A stretch of 63,950 nucleotides of DNA, filler included, from 14 parts of 14 records of this genome joined end to end with filler, not necessarily neighbours in it, one strand, 5' to 3'. Positions 1 through 12,274 are shown, numbered from the whole stretch's first letter. A program made the numbers and translations. The notes: generated by a model not told the origin, from the sequence alone.

Positions 1-292
1 TCTCCCAGCGCCTCGCAGTCGGGCGACTCATCGCACGGGCAGTCATCGGCCACCGTGGTGCTCATCGACGCCACCAGTGCAAACAGCCCCCCCAACACGA
101 GCCTGCTCCCGCCCGCCACGGTTACCCGGCCGGCCTGCCCCCCCCCCCCGGTTAGCCGGCTCGCCCGATCGACCAGGGGGTGGGGGCTTAGGCGGGCAGG
201 TCACCGGGACGGACCAGGGTAGCGGACACCCCCTCCCCACACCCACCGAGACCCTGGGCACTGGCCGGGGCACGCCAGACTGCCTCCCCACC

Positions 293-1033
293 ATGGCAAC
301 CAGTGAGGGCTGCCTCTGGGCTGGGCTCGTTTGTAGGAACATTCCCAACCGACAACTGGCAGAGCTGGAGGGGCGGTGTTCCGAGGCTCTCCGGGCGCTG
401 CTCGGCCAACCGCCGGGCCAGGCGCTCGCTGGCTTCGAGAACCGGGGCGGACTCACCGGCCGCCCACCCGCCGAGTCTGTCGAGCTCGCGGCGGTGGCGC
501 TCGGGCGCAAGCCGGCTGCGCTTGTCCACCTCGATTGGCTGCCGGGCGCCCCGCGCGCTTTGGAGGCGTGCGGGCTGGTCACACTCACTGCGCCCGGGAG
601 CCCGCTGGCCGTGATTGCCCCCGAGGCGCCTGCCCTGCCGCCGAGCGGCCCTCAGCCGTGCGGCAGCGCGAGCGGGCGCGGGCTGCGGCGCCGATGCTTC
701 AACGGATCGGGGCCTGGCCGGGCGCGGCCGGCCGACTGAGCGAGGCAGCGGGCCGGGCGGGTGACGGACTGATGTTGCGGGCAGGTTCAAGCGCATATAG
801 CGCTGGGGGCGGTGCTGGGATACCCGATGGAGGACCTTCGGGCGGTGCACAGCCAGGCCGACGGGACAAAGCTCCGGTTCGCGAGCGATGCGGGGGCGGC
901 GTACATGCTGCTCACCCGACCGATGCAGTGCGGTCCGTGCAGGCGGATGGCCCCGACCCGGGCTGACATGAGTCGGTTTGCTTTTGCGGTTAGAGCGTGT
1001 TGCGGGCCTAATCATGATGCGGCCGGAGGGTAG
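293..1033 (+). CDS. Hypothetical protein, spliced
   Basis: ATG at 293. Removing GC-AG introns 626-666 and 745-784 joins ORFs 77..739, 376..966 and 812..1033 into one frame (...LGRKPAALVHL...APE|RERA...LSE|VQAHIALGAVLGYPMEDL...TAG). No family recognised. Confidence 0.5.
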
Positions 1034-1239
1034 CGCATCAACAATAATTAGATAGCGGGTATCGTGAGTCAGACCTTGAACCGAGTACCCGCCTCACGAC
1101 TACAGCCTATAATAACGCATACGCGATCGTGTTCATAACCAGCACCTTTGTATTGAGCGATTGAGCCGCCGCAGCCGCAATCGTTGCAATATTTTATTCG
1201 GGCTCCGAATCTTTCGTGCTGTTTTATTGAGAGCACACC

Positions 1240-2823
1240 ATGCCTTTCGCCAGCAGGGCGCTGCTCCTGGCGGCGCTGGTCCTGCTAGCGCTGTGCCGGG
1301 CGCTCGAGAACGTGGTGCCGTTGACTCGGATCACCAAGACCAGCAACGAGAAGACCGAGCTGGTCCAGACCCTCGCCAAAGTCCACGCGGTGCCCGCCGG
1401 CCGCCAGCCGCGGGCTCACGCGGGCCCGGCCAGCACCTGCTGCTGGACAAGACCGGGCCGACCCCGATCCTGCTGCACAACCATCAGAACACCCAGTACG
1501 TGGGAAGCATGCAGGCCCGCCGCCCCCCACCGCACCCCTGATCGCCCGCGGCAGGTCGGCACGCCGGGCCAGTCGCTCATGTCGATCTTCGACACCGGGT
1601 GCCCTCTCCCTGGGGGCCCGGCCGACAGCCGGGCAGGTCCGGCACGTTCTGGGTGCCGTCTGCCGAGTGCAAGGCCCCGGGATGCACCGAGCACCATCCA
1701 TTCGACAGCGCACAGTCCAAGTGCCATCCCAATCCCCTCCCGCAGGCTCATCCCCGGGCAGGACGTTCGCCGAGGATCCGGATAAGGACCACTTTGCGAT
1801 CAAGTACGGGAGCGGGGAGGTCAAGGGCAAGGTCATTATCGACAACATCCAAGTAGCCGGCCTCACACTGCCCAAAGCCAGGTGCACCCTGCAGCTGCCG
1901 CCACTGACCGAGGTGAGCAGGATCGGAGTGGTCACTCGGGAAAAGGGCTCCGCCTTCCAGAACGCCGCATTCTCTGCGCTGGTCGGGATGGCCTACCCGT
2001 CGCTGGCTCGGGCCGGGATGACACCAGTGTTTGATCAGGTGTCTTGTGGCGCCCAGGGGGGGGGGGGCTGACGCGGGGGCAGATGATGCAGAACAAGCTG
2101 ATGAAGCACAACCGGTTCACGTTCTTCATGTCGGACCAGCCGGCGCACGGCAAGAGCGGGATCTGGTTTGATGATGTGCCCAAGTCGCTGTTCAAAGGCA
2201 AACTGGTCAAGCACCCTGTGGTGGCCAAAGGCTACTGGAGTCTCAACCTGCTCGACGTGAAAGTCAACGGCAACGCCACCGGGGTGTGCCCTTCCGGGTG
2301 CAAAGTGGCGGTCGACAGTGGCACCTCGCTCCTCACTGCGCCCACTGGCCAGACAAGGACTATCCTGTCTGCGATTGCTGCCGCTGGAGCAAAAGGGCTG
2401 CTGGAGACAGCGGGCTGCCAGAAGATGACAGAGGCACCCACGCTGACTTACAGCCTGGAGGCCCAGTCCGCCGACGGCAAGAAGTCGGCGCACGACTACG
2501 AGCTGGCGCCTCAGGACTACATGATAGAAGACACGCCGGGGTGTGGCCGGCCTGCGATCAATGCACTGGATGTGCCGGCGCCCAACGGGCCGGTGTTCAT
2601 CCTCGGGGACGTGTTCATGTCAAAGTATCTGTCGGTGTTTGATCGTGACGCGGACGCCGTGTACATCGGGGAAGCGGACCAGAAATCTAACAAGGATGTG
2701 ATGTTTACCGACGAACCAACTGACGCGCTGATCGAGGGCGACCAGCCGACCGAGGGCGTGGACGAGGACGACTGGACCGAGATCGACCCGATCCTAAGCC
2801 CCATCTCAATCCAAACGAATTAA
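1240..2823 (+). CDS. Secreted/lysosomal aspartic protease (pepsin/cathepsin D-like, family A1)
   Basis: Signal peptide MPFASRALLLAALVLLALCRA; QYVGSMQ|VGTPGQ; both catalytic motifs (IFDTG|S and VDSGTS); YGSG flap; FILGDVF...VFD. About 6 short introns in the 5' half. Confidence 0.92.
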
Positions 2824-3069
2824 GGATCATTCGAATCAGTCGATTAGTCGTGCCATAATTGTGGAGCGACTCGATCGTACGATGTCATGATGGCGTGCAC
2901 ATGCGAGGAGGTACGAGAGATGTTGTATAAAAATAAATGTTTAGTCAAAATAGCAGCTAGCGGCATAGATGTAACTAGTGTGGATTGCAGGATATAGGAA
3001 GTCCTGATAGGTACCAGTCTGATACAGATCTATAGGATGCGCTAATAGACTCCATTTCAACGGACAGCG

Positions 3070-3561
3070 ATGGCAGGAGCAGCATCTTTGGGCGCGGTGC
3101 TGCTGCTGGGGCTGGCGTGCAGCGCCTGGGCCGCCGAGTGCAGCGGTACAGCGACTCCGGGCCCGGCAAACCTGCACCCGATCGACCGGCCGGCGCCACG
3201 GCTGGTGCGACGAGTGCCCAACGGCAAGTTGTTCGAGCTGGGTCCGGACCGGCTGCCGCTGCTCCACCTGTACGGCACGGCGTACCAAATGGGTCAGGCG
3301 CACGGACTGCTGCTCCGGGAGCGGCTCCGACAGTTCTACCCGCAGCTGTACGCGTATCTTGCTGTTGACTTTGTCCAGGCGGCCAACCGGAGCAAGATCG
3401 CACGAATGGCCGTAGAGCTCGGGCTAGACGCCGCGCTCGACTTGAGCTACGCCCGGACTGTCGGGTACGTGAAGCCGTACGTGATGGAGGAGATCCGGGG
3501 GCTGGCTGACGGGGCCGGGCTGCCGGAGGCTACCGTGCGCCGGGTGATGTGGCTGGGCGAG
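3070..3561 (+). CDS. N-terminal part of a secreted peptidase C45 / acid-ceramidase-like (dcd1-like) Ntn-hydrolase, truncated
   Basis: Signal peptide; LLHLYGTAYQMGQAHGLLL and EEIRGLADGAG are typical of the C45 alpha subunit. Similarity appears to stop at ...MWLGE, before the expected catalytic Cys. Confidence 0.6.
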
Positions 3562-3904
3562 CATCTGTGGAACATGGCGGAGGAGTGGCAAGTGGACTGG
3601 GTAGGGCTGAGTGATCATTGCTTGGTTGTGCCGAAGACGAAGAATGGGAAGTGGGACGTCAGTGGGGTCGGATGTAAGCCGGGGCAGAAATACAGGAGCT
3701 CTGGTGTGCAAGCAAATGCGGCGAGAGGATACGGAGGACAGGGATGGGGTGGTGAGCACATGCAATGGTCGATTGATCAGGGGTTGGAGGGAAAGCATGG
3801 TCCAGTGGGCGGCACGCTGCTGGCGGTGAAATCTGGCTGGGACAGGGCAGATGCAGCGCTGAGTGATTGCAGAGGCCGGACTAGGCAAGCATGTGGGGGC
3901 GGCA
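3562..3904 (+). mobile_element. Possible non-LTR retrotransposon endonuclease (APE-like) fragment
   Basis: Abrupt shift to purine-rich sequence. VDWVGLSDH, GGTLLAVKSGW and D-C-R-G-R resemble APE motifs (DxxxLxET, GGVAxxV, DxxGR). Runs into the contig end. Confidence 0.35.
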
Positions 3905-4004
3905 NNNNNNNNNNNNNNNNNNNNNNNNNNNNNNNNNNNNNNNNNNNNTTAATTAATTAANNNNNNNNNNNNNNNNNNNNNNNNNNNNNNNNNNNNNNNN
4001 NNNN
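3905..4004. other. Artificial contig linker (44 N + TTAATTAATTAA + 44 N), first of 13
   Basis: Identical 100-nt spacers with stops in all six frames at 3905-4004, 7894-7993, 14183-14282, 18136-18235, 24903-25002, 31316-31415, 34945-35044, 41161-41260, 45084-45183, 49035-49134, 52464-52563, 57436-57535, 60840-60939. Confidence 0.98.
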
Positions 4005-4146
4005 GCTGTAGACAGCATGGAGCGACTGCACTCGAGGCAAATGAGTCTCGTCAGAGGTGGACACGTCATCCTGGGATTGTCCAGGCACCATACTTACAGC
4101 GGAAAGAAGAAAAACGTGAGAAACTGGTGAGTTGCGAAGACTGCTC

Positions 4147-5498
4147 TCAGGCTGCTTGGCCAACACTCGCAGCAGCAGCGTTTCGGAGTTTGTTGCCTGA
4201 AGCTCGGGCAGATGCTCGGCGCTTTGGCCGCTTCTCTCGCTTCTCGAGCTGCGAAAGCGGCAGATCGAGCAGGTGGGCATTCAGCTCAAACGCTGCAGCT
4301 ACGGCAGCGACGGCGGCGGCAGAGGCAGAGGCATGCCTCCAGGCATCGATCAGATCGACGACGGATTGCCGAGCTTGAGCGGCACTCATTGCTCGTGCCG
4401 TGAGATCCATGGCAAAAAGAGCTGAGGCGGCAGTGGCAGAGGGGAAGCGTTTCTCCAAGGCCTGGTCGAGAAGTCCACGGTTCCAGGAAGCGTTGCGGAA
4501 CTGCTCCTTGATCTGAGCGAAAGCCTCGTTCTTCTGCAAGTAGTCCTGGTTCGCCTGCTTGGACTCCTCCTCCGCATCGAGAACGACTTTGGTCCTCCAG
4601 ACATCCAGGCATCGGACGAGGGTCGAGATCGAGGCACTGAGCCGGGGAATCTGGCAGTGCAGAGCCCAAACTCGGAGCTGAATCAGAGCGAGGCGGAGCG
4701 GCTCAGGCGCGGGCAGAGAGACATGGCACCAGGCGAAGCCAATATCGACATAGATCGCAGTTTCCAACGCCTGGTCATGGCAGTTAAGAGCCCAAGCTCG
4801 AAGCTGGGCCTTTGCTTTCCGAAGGAGAGCCGCTCGAAGATCGCGCCGCTCAGCCTGCAGACAAGCGCGAGGTGAGGCAGGCATCGCCAAATGGTTGGCA
4901 CCAGCGCGGTGCGCCTCCAAGGCGGAGTGGATGAAGCCAGTTGCTCGTTCTCCTCTGGAATCGTCACGGCGTCGGTCCGCGAGGCTCCTCCGATCAATCC
5001 ACCGATGGCGATGGCGGAGACCGCGGCGACGGTCATGACGAGCCCGGGCCCGCCAAAGCCCTCGAAAGACAGAATCACGGCAAGGAGGACGGTGCCGGCG
5101 AGCAGAATGTGCGCGCAAAGCCAGGGACGCCGGACCGTCGGCTGCTCTTTGTTCTTGAACTGCTTGTTCAGGCAGCTCGAGGTGGCGAGGCTCGCCCGAC
5201 AGCCGGTCCCGCCAACGAGAATGTCTTCATGCAGGATGGCCGCCGGGTCGGGCAGATTGGTGCCGGCGGACGCGTCCGGGTCGGTCAGCGAGAGCACGGG
5301 CTGCTTGGCGGTGAGGGAAGAGCTCGGACGACCACCCATGTTGAGAGCTGGCCGAGGTACGAAAAGTTCGTTACCGCGGAGGAGCTGGCCGTCTGACAGC
5401 TCGCCGGCTCTTCGTGTGTGGGCACGCGCTTCAGCTGCCTCGTCCTCGATGGAGGACACGTCCCCACGCTCGCCGGCCGAGCGGATCCGGGCCGACAT
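4147..5498 (-). CDS. Hypothetical membrane protein with helical, Trp-spaced C-terminal region
   Basis: ORF 4683..5705 (two hydrophobic helices) joins ORF 4147..5118 through a GT-AG intron near 4855-4901 (TAL|AERRDLR). Both ends uncertain. Confidence 0.45.
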
Positions 5499-5547
5499 GC
5501 TGCTCCGGCGCTCATCGTCCGGGGCGAGCCAGCCGGAGTTCCGGCTG

Positions 5548-6923
5548 ATGGACGCCAGCGCGGTGGTGATGCACGGCAGCCTGGCGGCCGACAAGGGCTG
5601 GCCGGCCCCGGAGTGCGTGTGTGAGGTCGGGATCCACGCCCGGCGGGCCTTCACCGACATCTCGGCCGACGAGTGGACCGACCGACCGGAGGTGCTCGAG
5701 GCCAAGGTGGCGATGCTGGCCCAGCTGATCCAGCGGGCGGAGGCGATGATCGTTTACACCGGCGCCGGGATCAGCGTGGCGGCCGGGATCGATGACTACG
5801 CGACTAAGGCCAACACCACCAGCCACGCGGTGAGCGTCACTGAGGCCGACAAGCCCAAGCTGTCCGGGGGCACGCTGGCCAAGTGTCTGCAGGCCCGGCC
5901 GACCCTTACCCACCGGGTGCTGGCCAGCCTGCACCAGGCCGGCCGGCTCAAGCATTGGGTCCAGCAGAACCACGACTCGCTCCCCCAGAAGGCTGGCTAC
6001 CCGCAGTGGGCGTTGAACGAGATCCACGGCTCGCTGCACGACCCTTCAAACCCGATTGTCCCGATCGAGGGCATGCTCAGGCCCGACCTGTGCCACTGGA
6101 TGGACAGCTGGAAGCAGAAGAGCGACTTCTGCCTGGCGGTCGGCACCTCGCTCTCCGGATTTACTGCAGATTCGGTTGTGGCTGCGGCAGCTGCCCGGCA
6201 CAAGAGAGGCGAGGGGCTCGGGTGCAATGGCGGGCGCTGGGCTGGGGCCGAGTCGGATGCAGGCTGGCCCTGATCAATCTCCAACGGACCGAGTACGACG
6301 AGCGCTGTCAGTTGAGGATTTACGCCAAGTGCGACGACGGTGAGCCCAGCTGGCTGAGCCTGCGAGCCCGGTTGGCAGTGATGCGGATGCTGGCCGACCG
6401 GATGGAGCTGCCCGTGCTCCCGATGGACCAGCCCAGCACGTTCGAGCTGGCCCCAGGCGCCGAGCTCGAGGAGCACGTGTTTAGGATCCCGTTCGGGGCG
6501 TCTGGCTGGCCTGGTGAGAGCTCCGTATGGGACCTGCGCGAGCGGCGGAGGGTGCGGCTCACTGGCGGGCCGTACGATGGAGACATCGGGCATGTGCGCG
6601 GGACGGACCAGCACGGGCACTACCTGGTCCACTTCAAAGACTCGGTCCACCCGCAGTTCCGGGACAAACCGAAGCGACTGCAGATCAAAGCCAAACCGTT
6701 CACGCTCCGGCTCGGGCGCTGGTTCATCGAGGCCGCCTCGCACGGGCACGGGCTGTACCCCGGAGGGCCGATCCCGATGGTGAACGTGAGGGATCAGACC
6801 GGCGAGCCGGAGCTAGAGCCGGAGCCGGTGCGGCTTAAGGGAGTCAACGTGAGTCAATATCAGATTGCTGGACTCGGCTGGGGGCCGAGCAAAGGCAAAG
6901 GCAAAGGCAAAGGAGGAAAGTAG
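5548..6923 (+). CDS. Sirtuin-family (Sir2) NAD-dependent deacylase, lacking the zinc ribbon
   Basis: VYTGAGISVAAGIDDY, HWVQQNHDSL, EIHGS, LAVGTSLSG, LINLQRT. Two short GT-AG introns near 6222-6262 and 6340-6378. Start at 5548 or 5569. Confidence 0.88.
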
Positions 6924-7281
6924 ACGACTTGGACCCCCAACAGATGCTCATCATGTTCAAAAAGCATTGTTACAAGCATTAGAGATACGTACAAATCAGC
7001 TGACAACGTTCACTGAGTTGTAAAATTTATACTATCGTGATCATATCGGCTTACAATAATAATACAATAGACAATAATCACTACACACGTACGGATCTTG
7101 AAATACAGCTACTCCTAGTTGTAGAACTTGTTTTATTGAGCTCTGAAACCGAATGCTAAGAATGCAAGCAAAGGAAGCCTTGCTTTTATTTTCTCTACGA
7201 AGGCCTGCCGTTCGCAAATTCGAAGGAAAATCAGGCAATGGGCGCACTGCACGCGTGGTTGACCGCGGGCGGCGGCGGGTG

Positions 7282-7893
7282 ATGGGTGACATGAGCGCGG
7301 GCGGCCAGGGCTGGGGCGGCCCGATGGGGCTGATCGACCGGCTCGAGGCCGAACACGCGGCCCGACTGGCTTCTCTGGAGCGGACAGCCGAGCTGGCGCG
7401 CGAAGGTCTGGCCCAGGACGCAATGGCGCTGGGGGACGGCCAGCTGGTGGCGGCTGAGACGGAGGTGCGGCTGGCCCAACTGGAGCGGCTGGTGTCTGCG
7501 GCCAGGGCGGGGCTGAATCGCGACCTGGCCGAGCAGAAACTAGAACTCGAGGCGTCAGGGCTGGACCGGGGCGCAGGGCTGGAGGAGGCACGGGGTGTGT
7601 GGCATACAGCCGAGGGGAAGGACACGATCGCCGACCAGGCGGTGCACGCGGCCCGGGTGCGCGAGCTGCAGCTGTCGCTGAGCCAGACAGCTGCGCGGGC
7701 CGAGGCCGAGAAGGTGCAGCTGGAGGCGGCACTGGAGGCGGCGGCAGCAGTGGAGAAGCAACAATATGAGGAGAAGGAGCAACTTGAGGCTCGAGTAGCC
7801 GAGCTTGAGTCTGCATTGGAAGCTAAGACAGCGGCAGCGGCGGCACTGGATGAGGCACTGGACGATGCAGTGAGCACGGCCGAGGGCGAGGCT
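7282..7893 (+). CDS. Coiled-coil protein, 3'-partial
   Basis: E/A/L-rich heptad ORF open to the contig end. Confidence 0.55.
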
Positions 7894-7993
7894 NNNNNNN
7901 NNNNNNNNNNNNNNNNNNNNNNNNNNNNNNNNNNNNNTTAATTAATTAANNNNNNNNNNNNNNNNNNNNNNNNNNNNNNNNNNNNNNNNNNNN

Positions 7994-8747
7994 GGAGGAG
8001 GAGGAAGAGGAGGAGGAGGAGGAATCGTTGCAAGAGGCTTGGCTGCGACGACCTAGCCCAGTGAGACGGCTGGCGCTCGATCAACACCACTGCACGGCGG
8101 TACAAACAAATGGCACCCGACAGGCTCCGACCCGTGACGTCAATGCGAGTGCGACCGCCGACGATCCTCAGACCCGCGGGGCCGAGCGGTGCTCGATTGG
8201 CGTGCGAGGCAGGCCCCGCGCTGCCCCGCGTGCGCCGTCAACTCCCACCACAAAGCCAAAGCCAGCACGCGCCCGCGCCTCCGGGCTGCCAGCTGCTGCA
8301 AAGCCGACAGCGTGCCGGCGGATGGTCAGCACGGCCCGGCTGATTGCACGGGCGACCCACCGGCGGGACAGCGCGAGGGTGGGGATGCTGGCCAAGGGGA
8401 GCCAGGTGATGGTGGTAGAGCGGAGGCCAGGCAAGGGCGCTGAGCGGGCCAAAGTACTCTGGACGCAGTGCGGGGTGCGCCGGGAGGGCTGGGTGACCGC
8501 TGTGCTCAAGAGCGGCACAGAGACGCTGGCCCCGGTCCAATCGAACAGTACGCCGTTGGATAAAGTGGGTCGGGTCAAGGTCAACGGGTTGGAGAAATGG
8601 TGTGAGACAAGAAGCCCGGCGAGTAAGCCGAGACAACCGGTGCAAGCACAAACAAGTGCGGACCAAAGAGCCAAGCCGAAGGGCTCGGCCGACCGACTGC
8701 GCCGCAGGAAGCGCCCGAGTAGCCGGCCGCGCAGATTAGACTTTTAG
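7994..8747 (+). CDS. Hypothetical protein, 5'-partial
   Basis: Open frame from a poly-Glu run at the contig start to TAG, followed by AT-rich sequence; possible SH3-like segment (REGWVT). Confidence 0.45.
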
Positions 8748-9031
8748 CTCGTACTTCTTAGAACAATTACATGGATCAATATAAATTAATATGCTCACAT
8801 CTCATATTTATTTTAAATCACAAACCGGATTCACACCCGGCCGCAAAATCTCGTACCCGTACGACAACATTGATATCACGCAGTACTGGTACAAGACCTT
8901 GCGCTAGAGCACTCCCAACACATTGTAAACGTGCACGTCTCCGGCGTGCACCGACAGCTCAAATCGCTGCCCAGAGTAAATGAGATGATGATTTTCAAAC
9001 TTGATTTGAGCTCAGCAGATCAGCCCAGCAC

Positions 9032-10379
9032 TCAGGCGTCATCGTCGTACCCGTTGAGCAGGAACTCGTCCCACAGCCTTGCTATGAGGTCGATCGTCAT
9101 CAGCAGCGTCTCCTTCTCACCCTTGCGCAACACCACCGCGTTGCGCACGTTGGGGCTGAGCTCGGTTTTGAGCAGCTCGAGGTCATCTTGGTAGCTTGTT
9201 TTGTACCTCTTGAGCAGCTGCTGGCAGGCCACCACCAATGTCCTGTACACCTCGAGCTCGTTACGGAGCGTAACCGGTTTGCCCTGCCCCAAGGTCAGCC
9301 CAGCCACGGCCCGAGCGCGCCTGGAAGGCACGGATGTAACGGTCAAACTCGGACGGCCGGAGCGCCTGGACACGCATGGCGGCGAGCAGACCCTTGGAGA
9401 GCCCCAGTTTGCTGATCACAAAGCCTGTGTTGTCGTCGATGCCCTGGTTCTTGAGCATAGCAGTCTTGACCGAGGCGAACGGGGCGTCCTCGCTCACCTG
9501 CCATGGCTGAGCCCCGGTGGACGGAGGGGGGACCTTGACGTTGAGTTGGACCTGATCAAAGTCGTTGTTCTCAATAGTGAACCCGTGGCTGAGCAGCAGC
9601 TGAGAGTTTGATCGGCCGCCAATCGAGAGTTGGATGGGCTGGCTGCTGTTGATCTGGGTGTTGGTCACCACCTTGAAGTTGTTCTCCTCGTCGAAGTCAA
9701 ACGAGCTGTTCATCATGTGGTTGTGGGAGGCCAGATCCGCGAAGGGCACGATGATCGGGACCGTAACATTTCCGGCGTTGACCACCAGGCTACGGGAGGC
9801 CACGATCGAGGAGGCCCAGTTGTACGCCTCGGGGGTGAACACCTCCGCGGGGAAGAGCGCCGAGTGGTTGACTGCGAGGATCTTCATCACTTGCTCGTGT
9901 TCGGAGGCCAGAACCGCCCTGCGCTGGAGTGTGATGGACTGCATCATCGAGCCGTCCAACTCGGCCATCTCGGCCTCGTTGAAGAACAGGCTCGACGGCA
10001 CTTGCTCCGGCAGCACCGAGATCCAGGGCTTGTAGAACGAGTTCGCGTCGCTCTTCTCGTGGATCAGGAAGAGCGCGAGCACAATCTGCGACGGCAGCGC
10101 GATCTCCCTGAGGGCCGGGCCGAGGGCGCCGTCCCCGGCGGTCTTGGGCGAGATGAGCATCTTGAACGGGACTGAGATCATCAGCTCGCCGGGCTGAATG
10201 TCTTCGGTGGCCACCAGCTTGTGCTCAGCTCCGATCTCCATCTTGTGCGGCGGCAGCTTGTTCTCTTGGAGCCAGGCCTTGAACCCAGCGATTGCGGACG
10301 CGTCGGAGCTCACCCCGGAGAAGCCGGCCGCCATCCCGACGAGCAGCAAGCAGGCGAGCACCACGGTCTGTGCGCTCAT
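9032..10379 (-). CDS. SET-domain methyltransferase (SETD3/Rubisco LSMT family) with N-terminal signal peptide
   Basis: LVATEDIQPGELMISVP, SFYKPWISVLP, WASSIVASRS, IVPFADLASH, SNSQLLLSHGF and an LSMT substrate-binding C-terminus (TSYQDD...AVVLRKGEK). GC-AG intron 9284-9320 and an in-frame GT-AG intron near 9498-9533. Confidence 0.88.
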
Positions 10380-10455
10380 GCTCCTTGGTTGGTGTGTGAC
10401 GTCGCTCCTGTTGGCGTGCAACGGCAACTGAACGCCCAGAGGTGCTCGGAGAGCG

Positions 10456-11274
10456 ATGGAAGCCGTGCCGTCGGAGGAGCCGTCGCAGGATGACGGGTTC
10501 GAGGCGTACGAGCTGACGGTGCACGGCCGGCCAGGCTGCCGGGCCAGCGGCGGGCGCCAGCCCAAGGATATGATTTGGGACGACAGCGCGCTGATCGAGG
10601 CGTATGAGAACGCGGTGGACCAGTATAAGGCGACCCGTCCGCCTGGCCGGACAGCGACGCGGCGCAGGCGATGCACCCGAAGCAGGGCGGCGGGCACTGG
10701 AAGCAGCGGGCGAACTCACGCCACGGCGGCGAGAAGCCGACGACAAGCCGCCAGCGGGAGCCCGAGCCGGCGGCGGAGGTGGGGCCGTCGCTGGGGGGCG
10801 AGGACACGGTTGTGTTCTACCAGGACGGGGAGGTGCGTGCTTGTTGCTGGCGGGCGGCAGCCAGCCGCAGGTGATCGGGTCGATGCAGCCGGGCGATCAA
10901 CTGCCGGGCCACATCTTTGGAGATACTAGCGAGACCGGCCCCAACAGCCAGAGCGAGCAGCCTGCGGAGCCAGTTCATCCTAGCTACGGCCAGCAGCCAC
11001 CACCGTGCCAGCCACAGTACTACCCACAGCAGCCATACCCGGCACAACCGGCTGTGGGGCAGCATCCGCCCTGGCAGGGGACAGCACAGGTGCGTGCCGG
11101 TGCCGCCGCGGTGAGGTTGGGGTGCAGCAGGGCCCTCCACAGCCGCCGATGATGGGGATGCTGCCGGAAGATGAGGACTTGGCTAACTTGTTGCTTTCTT
11201 GGTATTACAGTGGGTACTACACGGGGCTCTACATGGGGCAACGCCGCGCACAACAAGGCCAGCAGCGCTGGTAA
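10456..11274 (+). CDS. SMN: Survival motor neuron (SMN) homologue
   Basis: Gemin2-binding motif [15 protein letters not shown] and C-terminal YG box [20 protein letters not shown]; about 4 short introns including GC-AG 10630-10667. Confidence 0.9.
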
Positions 11275-11814
11275 GCAGCCCACTAGGATAAGCTGATCCG
11301 AGTTCCAGCCTGGTCTTGGCGTCTATATAGGGTAGACGCATAAGAGCCAGTAAAAATCAATCAATTTCAAAAGAAATTCATATTGTTGACGAACGAACGC
11401 TGTCACGGGGAGCACAACGATTATCAACGGCGATAACCAACGAGCGGCAAAGAGCTCGCGAATGTGCAAGGGTCGATCGCCACAGCGCCCGGCGAAACTG
11501 CCCTGCGGCCCGCACATGGGGCAACGCTTTCGGCCATGCACATGTTTAGCACATGTTGAGCGCTCCGAAGCACCGGGGAGGCAGGTACGGCTCGTCTTGA
11601 GGCGCCACGCCGCAGCAAGGGATGGGGCAAGGAACCAGGGGTCGGCAGCGCGGGGGAGGGGGGGGCATCTGTGGAGAGTTCATGCTGCAATGTATTCGGA
11701 GCATTGCCCCTGGTCTCTTAGCTTAGCAAGTACACTATCCTAGGCCCGCGCCAGACCTGCAGGGGGGCTCGAGCGGCCAGTGGATCGGGCCCGCAAGCGC
11801 CCCTGTCTGCCTAG

Positions 11815-12126
11815 TCATGCGCCGCCCTCCTGCCTAGGCTGTGTTATCTCAGACATGGCTAGACCCTCCCCGACCGGCCGTTGGGGCGATCCGAAGGTCC
11901 TCTCTTCCCCGCACAGGGCCCCGCGGTATCCTGTCGGGCTCGGGGGTAGAACGTCCTGCTGTGGCGGCTGCTGGCTGAGCCACGGGTGTTGCTGCTTGAG
12001 CGTTGCGTACACCCCGCCCCGCCAGGGCCCCGTCCGTCGCTGGGCGTCTATAGCGAGCTCGAGCTCGTTGCGCTTCTTGACGCGCAGCTCGCGGCCCATG
12101 TAATCCAGGTAAGGCGCGCTATTCAT
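11815..12126 (-). CDS. Hypothetical protein (may extend by splicing)
   Basis: ATG-started ORF divergent from the GH43 gene; no family recognised. Confidence 0.3.
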   Translation of the reverse strand: MNSAPYLDYMGRELRVKKRNELELAIDAQRRTGPWRGGVYATLKQQHPWLSQQPPQQDVLPPSPTGYRGALCGEERTFGSPQRPVGEGLAMSEITQPRQEGGA

Positions 12127-12274
12127 TCTGGCGCTCGGGTTCCGGGCCGCCCAGCCAACCGGGTCAGCGCCCACGGCTCAGATATGCGCTTGAGGACGCC
12201 CGCAACGTGCTGCGATGCGATGAACGTTCAAGTAACCGTCAACTCAACGGAAACGAAACGAAACGGACACTGTG

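Noticed and set aside
4891-5547. Long N-terminal extension of the sirtuin ORF
   Set aside because: It overlaps the better-supported minus-strand membrane protein gene and looks like a GC-rich shadow frame.
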